A stretch of 64,000 nucleotides of DNA, taken from a virus. The stretch spans positions 1 through 64,000 of the IMG/VR virus record IMGVR_UViG_3300003873_000007. The stretch is one strand, 5' to 3'. The notes under the pieces are model-generated. The model was not told the DNA's origin and did not search any database. It worked only from the letters and a program-made list of their open reading frames with translations. Shown piece after piece: positions 46,573 to 56,373 of the stretch (the stretch's first letter is position 1; every line of letters starts with the position of its first letter). Made by a program: the position numbers and the translations under genes.

Positions 46573-48977
46573 TGCAAAATTTTGGAAATTTAGAAGACGT
46601 ATTAGAAGAGGCTGAGCAATTAGATCAAATAAATGCGTTGAGCAAAGAAGAAATAGATGACGCTATTGAATTAGGAAAATTGGATTTAACAGATCTATAT
46701 AAAAATATTGACGATTCGAAGATATTATTTTCACCACAAATTGAAATATTTGAATCATTTGCTGCGCATGTTGATGCATCAAGAACAAACATGTCTGCAA
46801 AACAGTTACTACAAGTTTGTACAAGTGATAATAATGATACACCTTATATATTAAATAAAAATTATCAAGCATTGACAAATATTGATTCTCCTTTTGTTGA
46901 GTATGCAGCAGAAGATGGAATTGTTTTATATAGCAATTACAATTATCTTGTATTGTATTATTTAAAAAGTAATTCATTTAAAACTGTATATTGTCCTTCA
47001 ATTAAAAGAATGACTAATAATACTATAACTTTAAAATATAAAATGTCTGTTGAAAAGAATGTTGAATTTAAAAAGGGTGATGTATTATATGATTATACTG
47101 GACAAACAATAGACAATGTTCCAAGAATTGGATACAGGACTAATATTTTATATGGTTCATTTTATGGATATACTGCAGATGATGCGTTTGTTATGAGTGA
47201 ATCATATGCAGATAAAACCAGAATAGATTATTCAAAGAAAATATTTATTCCTATCAGTAAAGAAATTAAATATTTACAAAATTCAAAAAAGAATTATTTT
47301 TTTAAATTAGGAGAGATAAGTGATGAAAATTATATAGAATATTTTAAAATTGATTCGAGTGATAATATGCTGAGTGAATTTAACAATACTAGTAAAAAAC
47401 AATCAAAAATATATGGAAAAAGTGTTGATAGTATAAATGGAGGAACAATAAAAGAATTTAAAGTTCACCGAATCACAGATAAGACTTTTGATGAGCTAGA
47501 AGAAGAATATATTTACACTGATGGAATGATTAAAGAAGTACAATCACAATATCTTAGACAAATAGAAATCAAAAAAGATATATATAATAAACTTTCAACC
47601 GTATATGTTAATAAAGAAGAAGCTGTTGAAATGACAAATACAATTTTTAATCAGTGGGAAAGCACTGAGTCATTTCCAAATTTAAAACTTGAAGGAATAG
47701 CTACAGATTATCGAATTGAAAAAGATTCTATCGATTATGTATTAGAAATCGAAATATATAAATCTGAGCCAACATGTGTCGGGGATAAATTTGCAAATGT
47801 GTATGCTGGTAAAGGTGTTGTAAGTTTAATCTTACCTGACCATTTAATGCCAGGAGGATCAGATATTATTTTTAATCCTCTCGGTTTATTTGGAAGAAAT
47901 AACTGGGGAACTGTATTTGAGATAGGATTGGCTAAAATCATTACCGATGTTGAACAACATATTGATAATGCGGAAGATATTGTATTAAGATTAACATTTA
48001 TAAATAAAAACTTTATTAAATTATATGATAAAGAATATTATGATAGAGTGGATGATATGATACAAGAGATTGCTGAAAATGGTTCTATTTACGAAAAATT
48101 TAAAGCTTCTGTAAAAGAATATGGTTTTTATCTTTTAGTTGATAATTTTCCAGGAATTTCTTTTAAAGATTATATTGATAAATTTTTAAAAATTTATCAA
48201 GAAACTTTTGATATAAATATTACAGAAAAAACAGAGATTATTTATTCAAAAGAATTGATGCAATATATGAGAGATCGTGGATTTACTAGTAATGTTTTTG
48301 GTAGTACAGTAGTACAAGAAGTCAAACAGAATGTATATATTGGACAAAATTATTGGATCAAATTATTTCATACAAGTTATTCTAAATATAATGCTATTGC
48401 ATTTGCTAATAATTATAGTAAAAGTACAGGAGAGCCTCCTAGAGGTCGAACAAAGAATGGTGGTTGTCATATTAGTTGGCAAACAACAGCTGCTTTAATT
48501 GGACATTCTGCTAATAATATGTGTTCTGTTGAATTAAGAACAATTAAAAGTGATGCTATACAAGATAAGAATAATCTTAATAGTAAGATGATACAACATG
48601 GCAAATATGTTATGAAAGATAAGTATATGTCTCCAACCGTTAATACGTTAAATAACGGATTAAATATGCTATTGTTAAGATTTATGAGTATATATGATAA
48701 TAATTCGGAAGATTTTTTCAAAGATGAAATTATTGATATTAATGGACAAGACGATGAAGAGTTTGATATAGATACATTATTCACAGGCAAAACAGAAGAT
48801 TGTGAAATTGATAATACTGAAACTGCTTTATGTGATGATGAAGATATACTAGATGATGTAACAGAAGAAGTTGTTATAGAAATTGAAAGTGTTTTAATTG
48901 ATAATGTAAATGTATCTACTGAAGTAGAATGTGATAGTTGTGATCAAGTAACGATTAATTTAGATCTTGATGAATAG
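46572..48977 (+). CDS. RNAP beta subunit, C-terminal fragment (RNAP set 2)
   Basis: HVDASRTNMSAKQ, GYTADDAFVMSES, GDKFANVYAGKGVVS, DIIFNPLG..GRNN, YWIKLFH, GEPPRGRTKNGG; acidic tail. Confidence 0.93.
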   Translation: MQNFGNLEDVLEEAEQLDQINALSKEEIDDAIELGKLDLTDLYKNIDDSKILFSPQIEIFESFAAHVDASRTNMSAKQLLQVCTSDNNDTPYILNKNYQALTNIDSPFVEYAAEDGIVLYSNYNYLVLYYLKSNSFKTVYCPSIKRMTNNTITLKYKMSVEKNVEFKKGDVLYDYTGQTIDNVPRIGYRTNILYGSFYGYTADDAFVMSESYADKTRIDYSKKIFIPISKEIKYLQNSKKNYFFKLGEISDENYIEYFKIDSSDNMLSEFNNTSKKQSKIYGKSVDSINGGTIKEFKVHRITDKTFDELEEEYIYTDGMIKEVQSQYLRQIEIKKDIYNKLSTVYVNKEEAVEMTNTIFNQWESTESFPNLKLEGIATDYRIEKDSIDYVLEIEIYKSEPTCVGDKFANVYAGKGVVSLILPDHLMPGGSDIIFNPLGLFGRNNWGTVFEIGLAKIITDVEQHIDNAEDIVLRLTFINKNFIKLYDKEYYDRVDDMIQEIAENGSIYEKFKASVKEYGFYLLVDNFPGISFKDYIDKFLKIYQETFDINITEKTEIIYSKELMQYMRDRGFTSNVFGSTVVQEVKQNVYIGQNYWIKLFHTSYSKYNAIAFANNYSKSTGEPPRGRTKNGGCHISWQTTAALIGHSANNMCSVELRTIKSDAIQDKNNLNSKMIQHGKYVMKDKYMSPTVNTLNNGLNMLLLRFMSIYDNNSEDFFKDEIIDINGQDDEEFDIDTLFTGKTEDCEIDNTETALCDDEDILDDVTEEVVIEIESVLIDNVNVSTEVECDSCDQVTINLDLDE

Positions 48978-48995
48978 CTCGTTAAACACGAGCTA
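48975..48995 (+). terminator. Hairpin after the beta-C gene
   Basis: TAGCTCGT-TAAAC-ACGAGCTA. Confidence 0.5.
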
Positions 48996-49031
48996 TGTAA
49001 GGATTATGAATATACAATAAGAGGAAAAGAT

Positions 49032-49484
49032 ATGACAGATATAACAAAAGATATAATAAATGAAAGTAATTATAATTTAATAAAAAATTTTATATTAAAT
49101 AACATCTCATTTGCAATGATTTTAGATAATCATAATAACTGGGATTATGAATTTCCAGAAAGATTGAAAAGCCAAAAAAGATTTATAATAGATATCAAAG
49201 AACAGGCATTGGAAGATTCATATATCGAAAATGATAAAATTATAATTGTGATTGAAATTGATAATATAACATATTCTAAAGAGTTAGAATATGCTGATAT
49301 ATTTGCAATAAAAGAAAAAGCTGATTCTGAGATTCCTATAAGTACTCGACCATTTGCAATGGCACCAAAACCAATTAAAAGAGAAGGAAATTCATTCATT
49401 TTCCCCTCAGAAGAGGATATACAAAGCTCTATGAAAATGTTCAAAAAATACAATCCAAAATTATTTAAGGATAACCATGAGTGA
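49032..49484 (+). CDS. Hypothetical protein
   Basis: 150 aa, GAGGA RBS. Confidence 0.7.
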   Translation: MTDITKDIINESNYNLIKNFILNNISFAMILDNHNNWDYEFPERLKSQKRFIIDIKEQALEDSYIENDKIIIVIEIDNITYSKELEYADIFAIKEKADSEIPISTRPFAMAPKPIKREGNSFIFPSEEDIQSSMKMFKKYNPKLFKDNHE

Positions 49485-51405
49485 TTCAAAAGTAAAAAAA
49501 ATCAGACATGCAATCAAGGACGATAGATGGTGGGTACTAAATAGGCCTGCCTCGTTTATTGGTGCTATTACTGAGGGTGAGCATGAAGAGTATTTTTTAG
49601 ACACAAAACTGAAAAAAATTGTCAAACAAAAAGTTAGTTACGTACCGGCCTTAGTAAAGATTATTAATGAAATTATTGATAATTCAGTTGATGTATTGAA
49701 AAATCAAAAACGTAAAGCAATATTAGATATTAAGATATCTGGTAAAGCTGTTCAAGTAACAGATAATGGTGATGGTATTCCGATTGAAATGATTCCTGAT
49801 TTACAAGGAAATGATATAATTATTCCCAAATCATGTTGGGGATTAGCAAAAGCTGGTAGTAACTTTAATGATGATGAAATAGATGCAACGACAATTGGTA
49901 CAAATGGTGTAGGGAGTTACGCTTGTATGGTATGGTCAAATGTATTTACAGGCAAAACATGTGACGGAAAAAAAGAGTATATTGGAACATGGAAAGATAA
50001 CGATTTAAATTATAATGAAAATATTAAAGATGTTAAACCTGGAACTAAAAGAGGAACAACTGTTTATTTTGAACCTGATTTAAAAAGGTTTAATATCACA
50101 CAACTTCCTAACCAAGAAGATTTAAAAATCGATCAAGTTGTTATTCAAGTTATTCGACAAAGAATTATTAATTTATCAGTTCTTTATAAGAACATTAATT
50201 TTTCATTTAATAATGAAGAAATTAAATATTCAACAAAAGAATTTATGCAGTTTATTGGAACAGGTGGTGAAGTATTTGAAACTGATACATATAGTATTGG
50301 AGTGTTTCCAACAGAAATTGATGACTTTGAAATATTCAGTTTAGTTAACGGGTTAAACATTAAAGGCGGAACGCATGTTGATTATATTTTAAAATATGTT
50401 CAAGCAGAAATTAAAAATAAATTACCAAAAAAGTTTTCAAATATTCGACCAGGAGATATAAAAAATAAATTAAAAATTATTTTTATAGGAAGTGATTTTC
50501 CTACAATTGTGTGGGATGGTCAAACTAAGGAACGCATAAAAAACTCAGATAAAGATATTCGAAATTATCTTGGAGAAGATTGGAAAACGATTTTACCAAG
50601 AGTTGCAAAAAATAAGAATATCATTGAACCTATAACATTTTTACATGATGCTAAGCTTGATGCAGAAGAAAAAAAAGCAGCAGCAAATGCAGACAAAGAA
50701 TTAAAAAAAACAAAAGTTCTTAAAGTCAGACATGCGAGTACACAAAAAAAATTTTTATTATTAACAGAAGGCGATTCAGCATTAAAAGGTATTATAAAAG
50801 CACTAGGTCGAGTACTTAATGGTTTTTTACCGTTACGAGGTGTTGTAGCAAACCCATTTACAAATAAAATTCAAAAGATTATTACAAATGCGGAGTATAA
50901 AGATATTATGAATATACTTGGTTTAAAATTTTCAAGTGAAACCAATTCCTGTTTAAATATGACTTATGAATATGTAGTTATTACAACTGACGCGGACGTG
51001 GATGGTAGTCATATTCAAGGATTATTATTAGGATTCTTTTACAAATTTGTACCAGATATTTTTGAACATAAAAAGATACTTATATTAAGAACTCCTATTA
51101 AAGTTGCTAAAGATAAAAAAGAAAATATGGTAGCAGCATTCATAACGGAATCTGAATATATAGAATTTATGAAAAAGAAAAGCAATCATAAATATACAAT
51201 TGAATATAAAAAAGGATTAGGATCATTGAATCCTAAAGAATATGAACAATTTTTTGAACTTAGACCATTTGAAGAATGTTTAGTACAACTTGATTATACA
51301 GAAGATGATTTAAAATTGATGGTTAAATGGTTAGAAGATGATTCTGATTTTAGAAAAGATAAGATTCAACTAAGAATTAAAGAGTTTGATATAGGAAATA
51401 CCTAA
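49477..51405 (+). CDS. Type IIA topoisomerase ATPase/TOPRIM subunit (T4 gp39+60/GyrB-like)
   Basis: EIIDNSVD, DNGDGIP, GTNGVG, TEGDSA, PLRG, DADVDGSHI, YKKGLGS. Confidence 0.93.
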   Translation: MSDSKVKKIRHAIKDDRWWVLNRPASFIGAITEGEHEEYFLDTKLKKIVKQKVSYVPALVKIINEIIDNSVDVLKNQKRKAILDIKISGKAVQVTDNGDGIPIEMIPDLQGNDIIIPKSCWGLAKAGSNFNDDEIDATTIGTNGVGSYACMVWSNVFTGKTCDGKKEYIGTWKDNDLNYNENIKDVKPGTKRGTTVYFEPDLKRFNITQLPNQEDLKIDQVVIQVIRQRIINLSVLYKNINFSFNNEEIKYSTKEFMQFIGTGGEVFETDTYSIGVFPTEIDDFEIFSLVNGLNIKGGTHVDYILKYVQAEIKNKLPKKFSNIRPGDIKNKLKIIFIGSDFPTIVWDGQTKERIKNSDKDIRNYLGEDWKTILPRVAKNKNIIEPITFLHDAKLDAEEKKAAANADKELKKTKVLKVRHASTQKKFLLLTEGDSALKGIIKALGRVLNGFLPLRGVVANPFTNKIQKIITNAEYKDIMNILGLKFSSETNSCLNMTYEYVVITTDADVDGSHIQGLLLGFFYKFVPDIFEHKKILILRTPIKVAKDKKENMVAAFITESEYIEFMKKKSNHKYTIEYKKGLGSLNPKEYEQFFELRPFEECLVQLDYTEDDLKLMVKWLEDDSDFRKDKIQLRIKEFDIGNT

Positions 51406-52325
51406 TGAAAAAATTAACAACAGAAGAATTTATAATTAGAGCTAAAAAAGTTCATGGTGATAACTATGATTATTCCGAAGTTGTTTATTTAGGTATAAAA
51501 TCAAAAGTGAAAATAAAATGTTTAATATGTGGAAATATATTTTGGCAGACACCAAATTCTCATATAGGAAAGTGTGTTGGGTGTACACTCTGTGGATATA
51601 AAAAAGCATCAAATAAGCAAATTAGAAAATTATCAAATGTTATTTTAGAAGCGAATAAAATACACAATTTTAAGTATGATTATTCTTTAATATTTTCAAG
51701 AACTTATAAAGGACTGAAGCAAAAAGTTCCTATAGTTTGTCCAATACATGGGATATTTAAACAACAATTAAATTGGCATATTTCAGGCAAAAATGGATGC
51801 CCTGAATGTGGAGGAAATATTAAATTAGAAACATCTGAATTCATAGAACGATCTAAAAAAGTTCATGGGGATAAATATGTGTACGATGATATAGTATATA
51901 AAAATGAAAAAACGAAAGTACAAATTTTTTGTAAATTACACAATTCGTTTTTTTATCAGAAACCGTTTGCGCATGTAAGACTTAAACAAGGTTGTCCGAA
52001 ATGTAATGAATCAAGGGGTGAAAAAGGAATAAGATTATTTTTAGAAAATAATAATATAGAATACATTAAAGAATATATTATTAAAGATTTAGGAAATTAT
52101 AGATTTGATTTTTATTTACCTAATTATAATTTAATAATTGAGTTTGATGGTAAGCAACATTTTCAACCAGTTGAATTTTTTGGAGGTCTTGTAGCTTTAA
52201 GAAAAACAAAATATAATGATTATATCAAAACAATGTATTGTTTAAATAATGCTATTAATATAATTAGAATCAAATATTTAGATATTGATAAAATTGATTA
52301 TATTTTATCAAGTTTAAAATTTTAA
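51405..52325 (+). CDS. Free-standing homing endonuclease (Cys repeats plus Vsr-like domain)
   Basis: KKLTTEEFI..HGDNYDYS; CPIHG..CPEC; FDFYLP..IEFDGKQHF. Confidence 0.82.
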   Translation: MKKLTTEEFIIRAKKVHGDNYDYSEVVYLGIKSKVKIKCLICGNIFWQTPNSHIGKCVGCTLCGYKKASNKQIRKLSNVILEANKIHNFKYDYSLIFSRTYKGLKQKVPIVCPIHGIFKQQLNWHISGKNGCPECGGNIKLETSEFIERSKKVHGDKYVYDDIVYKNEKTKVQIFCKLHNSFFYQKPFAHVRLKQGCPKCNESRGEKGIRLFLENNNIEYIKEYIIKDLGNYRFDFYLPNYNLIIEFDGKQHFQPVEFFGGLVALRKTKYNDYIKTMYCLNNAINIIRIKYLDIDKIDYILSSLKF

Positions 52326-52382
52326 AATTTTAATATTTCTATCTTTATCGATAAAGATAGAAAATATAGAAAATAGTTTAAT

Positions 52383-52658
52383 ATGAAAATATTTATGAAG
52401 ATGCTTAGAATAAAGGAAATAAAAATGGAATTAGAATTACACAAAAGATATAAAATTGAAGAATTGATAAATAGTAAGAATGAAAGTTTTAAATTAATAA
52501 ATAGTAAAAATATTACAACAGGTAATACTAATATAAATGAAACTTTTAGAAAGAATGATATAATACTATTAAAAAATATATATGTAACGATTTATATAAA
52601 AATTATTTCAACTAAATATTGCACTATTCAACATATAACGAGTGAAAATCAAGTTTAA
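52383..52658 (+). CDS. Small hypothetical protein (alternative start 52425)
   Basis: AAGGA RBS before 52425; first 10 codons duplicate the 52799 ORF. Confidence 0.6.
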   Translation: MKIFMKMLRIKEIKMELELHKRYKIEELINSKNESFKLINSKNITTGNTNINETFRKNDIILLKNIYVTIYIKIISTKYCTIQHITSENQV

Positions 52659-52798
52659 AATTTTAATATTTCTATCTTTATCGATAAAGATAGAAAATAT
52701 AAGCAGGAATATTTAATGTCAATTAAAAAAGTTTTAGGTTTTAATATTTCTATCTTTATCGATAAAGATAGAAAATATAAATATGAGCAGGAATATAA

Positions 52799-53008
52799 AT
52801 GAAAATATTTATGAAGATGGTTAGAATAGAAGAAGATATCGAAGTGTTCACAAGTGAAAAAGCATTTAATGATTGGTTACAAGATGTTAATAATGAACAT
52901 TTTGAATTTTTAATCGAAGATGGAGTACTTCCAGAAGATGCTTGTGCACAAAAAGGCTATGATTACAAATGGAAAGACTTAGAAGAGTGTTCTGTTCATT
53001 TTGAATAA
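52799..53008 (+). CDS. Small acidic hypothetical protein
   Basis: AGGA RBS, 69 aa. Confidence 0.65.
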   Translation: MKIFMKMVRIEEDIEVFTSEKAFNDWLQDVNNEHFEFLIEDGVLPEDACAQKGYDYKWKDLEECSVHFE

Positions 53009-53084
53009 TAAATTTTAAAAAAATAATTTTCTATCTTTATCGATAAAGATAGAAAAATAAAAGTTTAAGAGAAAAGGAAATATA

Positions 53085-53333
53085 ATGAAAATTGATTTAA
53101 ACACGCATGCAAGTGCAAGTGCAATTGCAAAAGTTTTGGGAATACCATTTGAAAAAAATAAAGAATTTAAAGAATTATTAGAAGGCTCAGATTTAGAAAC
53201 CGTTTCTAAATCATATGTTGTAAAAAACAGAACTGTTAATTATCAAGCATATGATATAATATCAGCGATTAAATATGCATCTGAAAATATAAATGGAGAA
53301 CACATTCAAAGTATTGGTATTGATATTAATTAA
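53085..53333 (+). CDS. Hypothetical protein
   Basis: AAGGA RBS, 82 aa. Confidence 0.65.
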   Translation: MKIDLNTHASASAIAKVLGIPFEKNKEFKELLEGSDLETVSKSYVVKNRTVNYQAYDIISAIKYASENINGEHIQSIGIDIN

Positions 53334-53342
53334 GGAAATAAA

Positions 53343-53687
53343 ATGAATAAAATTATACAATCAGTTCACGCAGCAATAAAACCTGAGGTTGCTATGCCCG
53401 CGACTTTTCTATCATATTCTGATAGAAATCCTGGAACGGTTATAAGAATTATATCTGATAAATGTATCGAAGTAGAAACTTGTGATTGGAAAGTTGTTGG
53501 TGGTCCTTATGAAATAGGAGAAGAAAGAAAGTATAAATATTTTCCAAATAAAATCACAGAGAAAAGTAATGGTCGTTTATTTACTTTACGTAAAAATGGT
53601 AAATGGATTGAAAAAGGTTCTGCAATGAATACTGGCACTGCTATTATGTTAGGAACTAGAGAGAGGTATCAAGATCCTTCTTTTTAA
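53343..53687 (+). CDS. Conserved phage hypothetical protein
   Basis: PAT..YSDRNPGTV; RKNGKW; RERYQDPSF. Confidence 0.7.
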   Translation: MNKIIQSVHAAIKPEVAMPATFLSYSDRNPGTVIRIISDKCIEVETCDWKVVGGPYEIGEERKYKYFPNKITEKSNGRLFTLRKNGKWIEKGSAMNTGTAIMLGTRERYQDPSF

Positions 53688-53713
53688 GACATACGAAAAA
53701 TTAAGGAGAATAT

Positions 53714-55108
53714 ATGAATTTAAAAAAATTGAATCAAGTTTATAATGAAATAAATCTTGGCGAATTTTACAATACAGATTACTGTGACTATGCCATTTAT
53801 CGAGCGTTACAACGAATACCTCATTTGGTTGACGGTTTTGCTCAGACACAAAGAAAAGTTGTCTATACAATGATCGATAAAAATATAGATAAAAAAACTA
53901 AAGTTTCTGATCTAGCAGCAATTATTTCTTTGCATACTGCGTATCATCATGGGTCAGGAAGCATTGAAAGCACAATTACAAATCTTGTTCCACAGTACAA
54001 TAATCAGATACCTCTTTTAAAAGAGGATGGTACATATGGTAATAGGAGTGATAGAGGAGCTGCAGCTTCAAGATATATTGAGACAAGATTATATAAATAT
54101 AGCAAAATAATGTTCAATGATATAGATAATAAGCATTTTGTTAATACCCAAGAAGTTGAAGGGAAGTTAATTGAACCAGAATTTATGATTCCAATTGTTC
54201 CTTTATTATTAATAAATGGGCAAAGTCAGATTGGTGTAGGTTATGCTAGTGATGTTTTACCGAGAAAAACCGAGGATATATTGAAGATATTGAAAGATAT
54301 TTTATCAGGAAAACGTAAAGATATTCCTACAAATATCCCACCACATGCGCCTTTATTTAAGGGTACAATAACTCCTCACGAAAAAGGAGGATGGTTATAT
54401 ACTGGTATAGTAAAAGAAGAGAAAAATACTATCCACATAACAGAAGTTCCTCCCAATTATACAAGAGAATCTTATATGAAAGTATTAGAAGCTTTAAAAG
54501 ACGCTGAAAAAATAAAATCATATGTTGAAGATATTAATGGTGATGAATTTGACATTATAATTAAAATGCCTTTGAATTGGACAAAAATCGATAAAAAAAA
54601 TACAGAAGAAAGAAGATTAGTCTTAATAAAACTTTTTAAATTAGAAGGAAAGCGTTCTGAAAATTTAACAGTAATAAACACAAAAGATAATATATTTCGA
54701 TATAACAATATCGCAGAAATCTTTTTTGAGTATATAATGTATGTTTTGAATATATATAAACAACGCAAACAATTTATTCTCGATAAAATGATTAAAGATA
54801 CTAAAATGAATAAGGAGAAAATTCGATTTATTCAACTGGTAAACACAGATGTTATTATATTAAAAAATCGTAAAATCAGTGAAATTTCAAAAGATTTAGA
54901 AGACCATAATTTTGAACTATTTGATGATAGCTATAATTATCTTTTAAATATGAGAATTAGTAATTTAACTTTAGATAAAATTATTGAATTGGAAAAAATA
55001 ATATCGGATACAGATGAAGAGATTAAAACATATTCAAATATAACAGCTGCAAATTTGTGGTTAAATGATTTAGTTGAATTTGAAAAATATTTAAAAAAGG
55101 GAGAGTAA
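53714..55108 (+). CDS. Type IIA topoisomerase breakage-reunion subunit (T4 gp52/GyrA-like)
   Basis: IPHLVDG..QRK, YHHG, AAASRYI (catalytic Tyr), PLLLING..GVG. Confidence 0.93.
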   Translation: MNLKKLNQVYNEINLGEFYNTDYCDYAIYRALQRIPHLVDGFAQTQRKVVYTMIDKNIDKKTKVSDLAAIISLHTAYHHGSGSIESTITNLVPQYNNQIPLLKEDGTYGNRSDRGAAASRYIETRLYKYSKIMFNDIDNKHFVNTQEVEGKLIEPEFMIPIVPLLLINGQSQIGVGYASDVLPRKTEDILKILKDILSGKRKDIPTNIPPHAPLFKGTITPHEKGGWLYTGIVKEEKNTIHITEVPPNYTRESYMKVLEALKDAEKIKSYVEDINGDEFDIIIKMPLNWTKIDKKNTEERRLVLIKLFKLEGKRSENLTVINTKDNIFRYNNIAEIFFEYIMYVLNIYKQRKQFILDKMIKDTKMNKEKIRFIQLVNTDVIILKNRKISEISKDLEDHNFELFDDSYNYLLNMRISNLTLDKIIELEKIISDTDEEIKTYSNITAANLWLNDLVEFEKYLKKGE

Positions 55109-55336
55109 ATGAGTTTAACAATAGAATATTTAAGAAGTTGTGTAGATCATTATTCATCTATGAAAGCTTATTCATGTGACACATTAAAAAGTTTAGTAGA
55201 TGAGGATGATTATTACAATATTGTTGAAGATTTATTAGAATATGAAGATATTATTATTTCTGAAGATCTTTTAAAAGATAACGAAGATAAAAGTTTAAGT
55301 GATATCGCAGATATAATAGATGAATTAGGAGAGTAA
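55109..55336 (+). CDS. Small acidic protein
   Basis: 75 aa, RBS. Confidence 0.65.
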   Translation: MSLTIEYLRSCVDHYSSMKAYSCDTLKSLVDEDDYYNIVEDLLEYEDIIISEDLLKDNEDKSLSDIADIIDELGE

Positions 55337-55338
55337 AA

Positions 55339-55710
55339 ATGATAGTCGATTTAAAAGATATAAAATTATTAATTAAAGATGCAGATCTATCAAAGACTGT
55401 AAAATTGACATATGAGGAAGATGACTATGATGTGATATATTTTAAATATTTTGATACAAAAGGTAATCAATTATCACTATATTATACTATACAATCGGAT
55501 TTATTACCTAGTTTATTCTCAATTGATTATAAATCAAATACAAATGATATAACTGAAATAATATTAAATGAGCAGTTGAATATGAGTACAAATATATTTT
55601 ACAATGCTCATGTTGAGATGGATTCTGATATTGTATTTGGTAAATATATAGTTGATATGAAAAAAGAGAATTTTGAAACAGTTGAAGCAGTTGAAGCAGT
55701 TGAAGCATGA
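55339..55710 (+). CDS. Hypothetical protein
   Basis: 123 aa; (VEA)n tail. Confidence 0.65.
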   Translation: MIVDLKDIKLLIKDADLSKTVKLTYEEDDYDVIYFKYFDTKGNQLSLYYTIQSDLLPSLFSIDYKSNTNDITEIILNEQLNMSTNIFYNAHVEMDSDIVFGKYIVDMKKENFETVEAVEAVEA

Positions 55711-56051
55711 TAGATTACAAATTGACAATTGATAAATCAAGTACTAAAAAGATTGAAGCTCAAAATCGTAGAATAACTGAAGGTGAAAAATTAGAAAATG
55801 AAATCACTTCTGATATTTGGAAAAAAGCTTTAAAAATTTTAGAACCGCACAGTAAGGTTAATCGATTTTACTGTGATGTGTTTTATAAAAGACAACTGGT
55901 TAGAATAAAATTTGAAATAAATAAAGTTCAAAATTATAAATTAATTTGTGAAGAAATTTATAATTCAGTAAAAAAGGATTATCGCATAAAAGAGATTAGT
56001 TATCTAGAAAAATTGGATGAAAATAAAAGTTTATTAATTATATGGTTATAA
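55707..56051 (+). CDS. Hypothetical protein
   Basis: ATGA coupling. Confidence 0.65.
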   Translation: MIDYKLTIDKSSTKKIEAQNRRITEGEKLENEITSDIWKKALKILEPHSKVNRFYCDVFYKRQLVRIKFEINKVQNYKLICEEIYNSVKKDYRIKEISYLEKLDENKSLLIIWL

Positions 56052-56061
56052 AGGAAAATAA

Positions 56062-56373
56062 ATGACATTAAAAACAATTAAAAAAGTTGGTACGCAGACA
56101 GGTAGATTTAAATTAAAAATAAATTATTTAAAAAAAGAACTCTATATAACATTTCCGAAAGATTGTGAATATGAAGATCGTCAGAATTGGATAGAAAAAT
56201 GTATGATCATAAAACATTTATTAAAAGATTTTACATTTATTAAACCTATCTCCGCTTCTAGTAAAAATATGAGATACAACACTGTCCGAATTAATCAAAA
56301 AATTAATAACCAATGGGTTGTTTTACACACGGTTGATTTTAATGATAATACATTACATAAAGGAATATTATAA
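56062..56373 (+). CDS. Hypothetical protein, paralogue of the next ORF
   Basis: WIEKC.II, D..DNT shared. Confidence 0.65.
   Translation: MTLKTIKKVGTQTGRFKLKINYLKKELYITFPKDCEYEDRQNWIEKCMIIKHLLKDFTFIKPISASSKNMRYNTVRINQKINNQWVVLHTVDFNDNTLHKGIL

Larger units (their letters stand above)
52336..53056. repeat. Four copies of the extended palindrome TTTCTATCTTTATCGATAAAGATAGAAA (52336, 52669, 52747, 53027)
   Basis: Seen directly; the copies separate small ORFs. Confidence 0.92.

Noticed and set aside
52336-53056. CRISPR array (28-bp palindromic repeats)
   Set aside because: Spacing is irregular (about 50-305 bp), the intervals contain ORFs, and no cas genes are visible.
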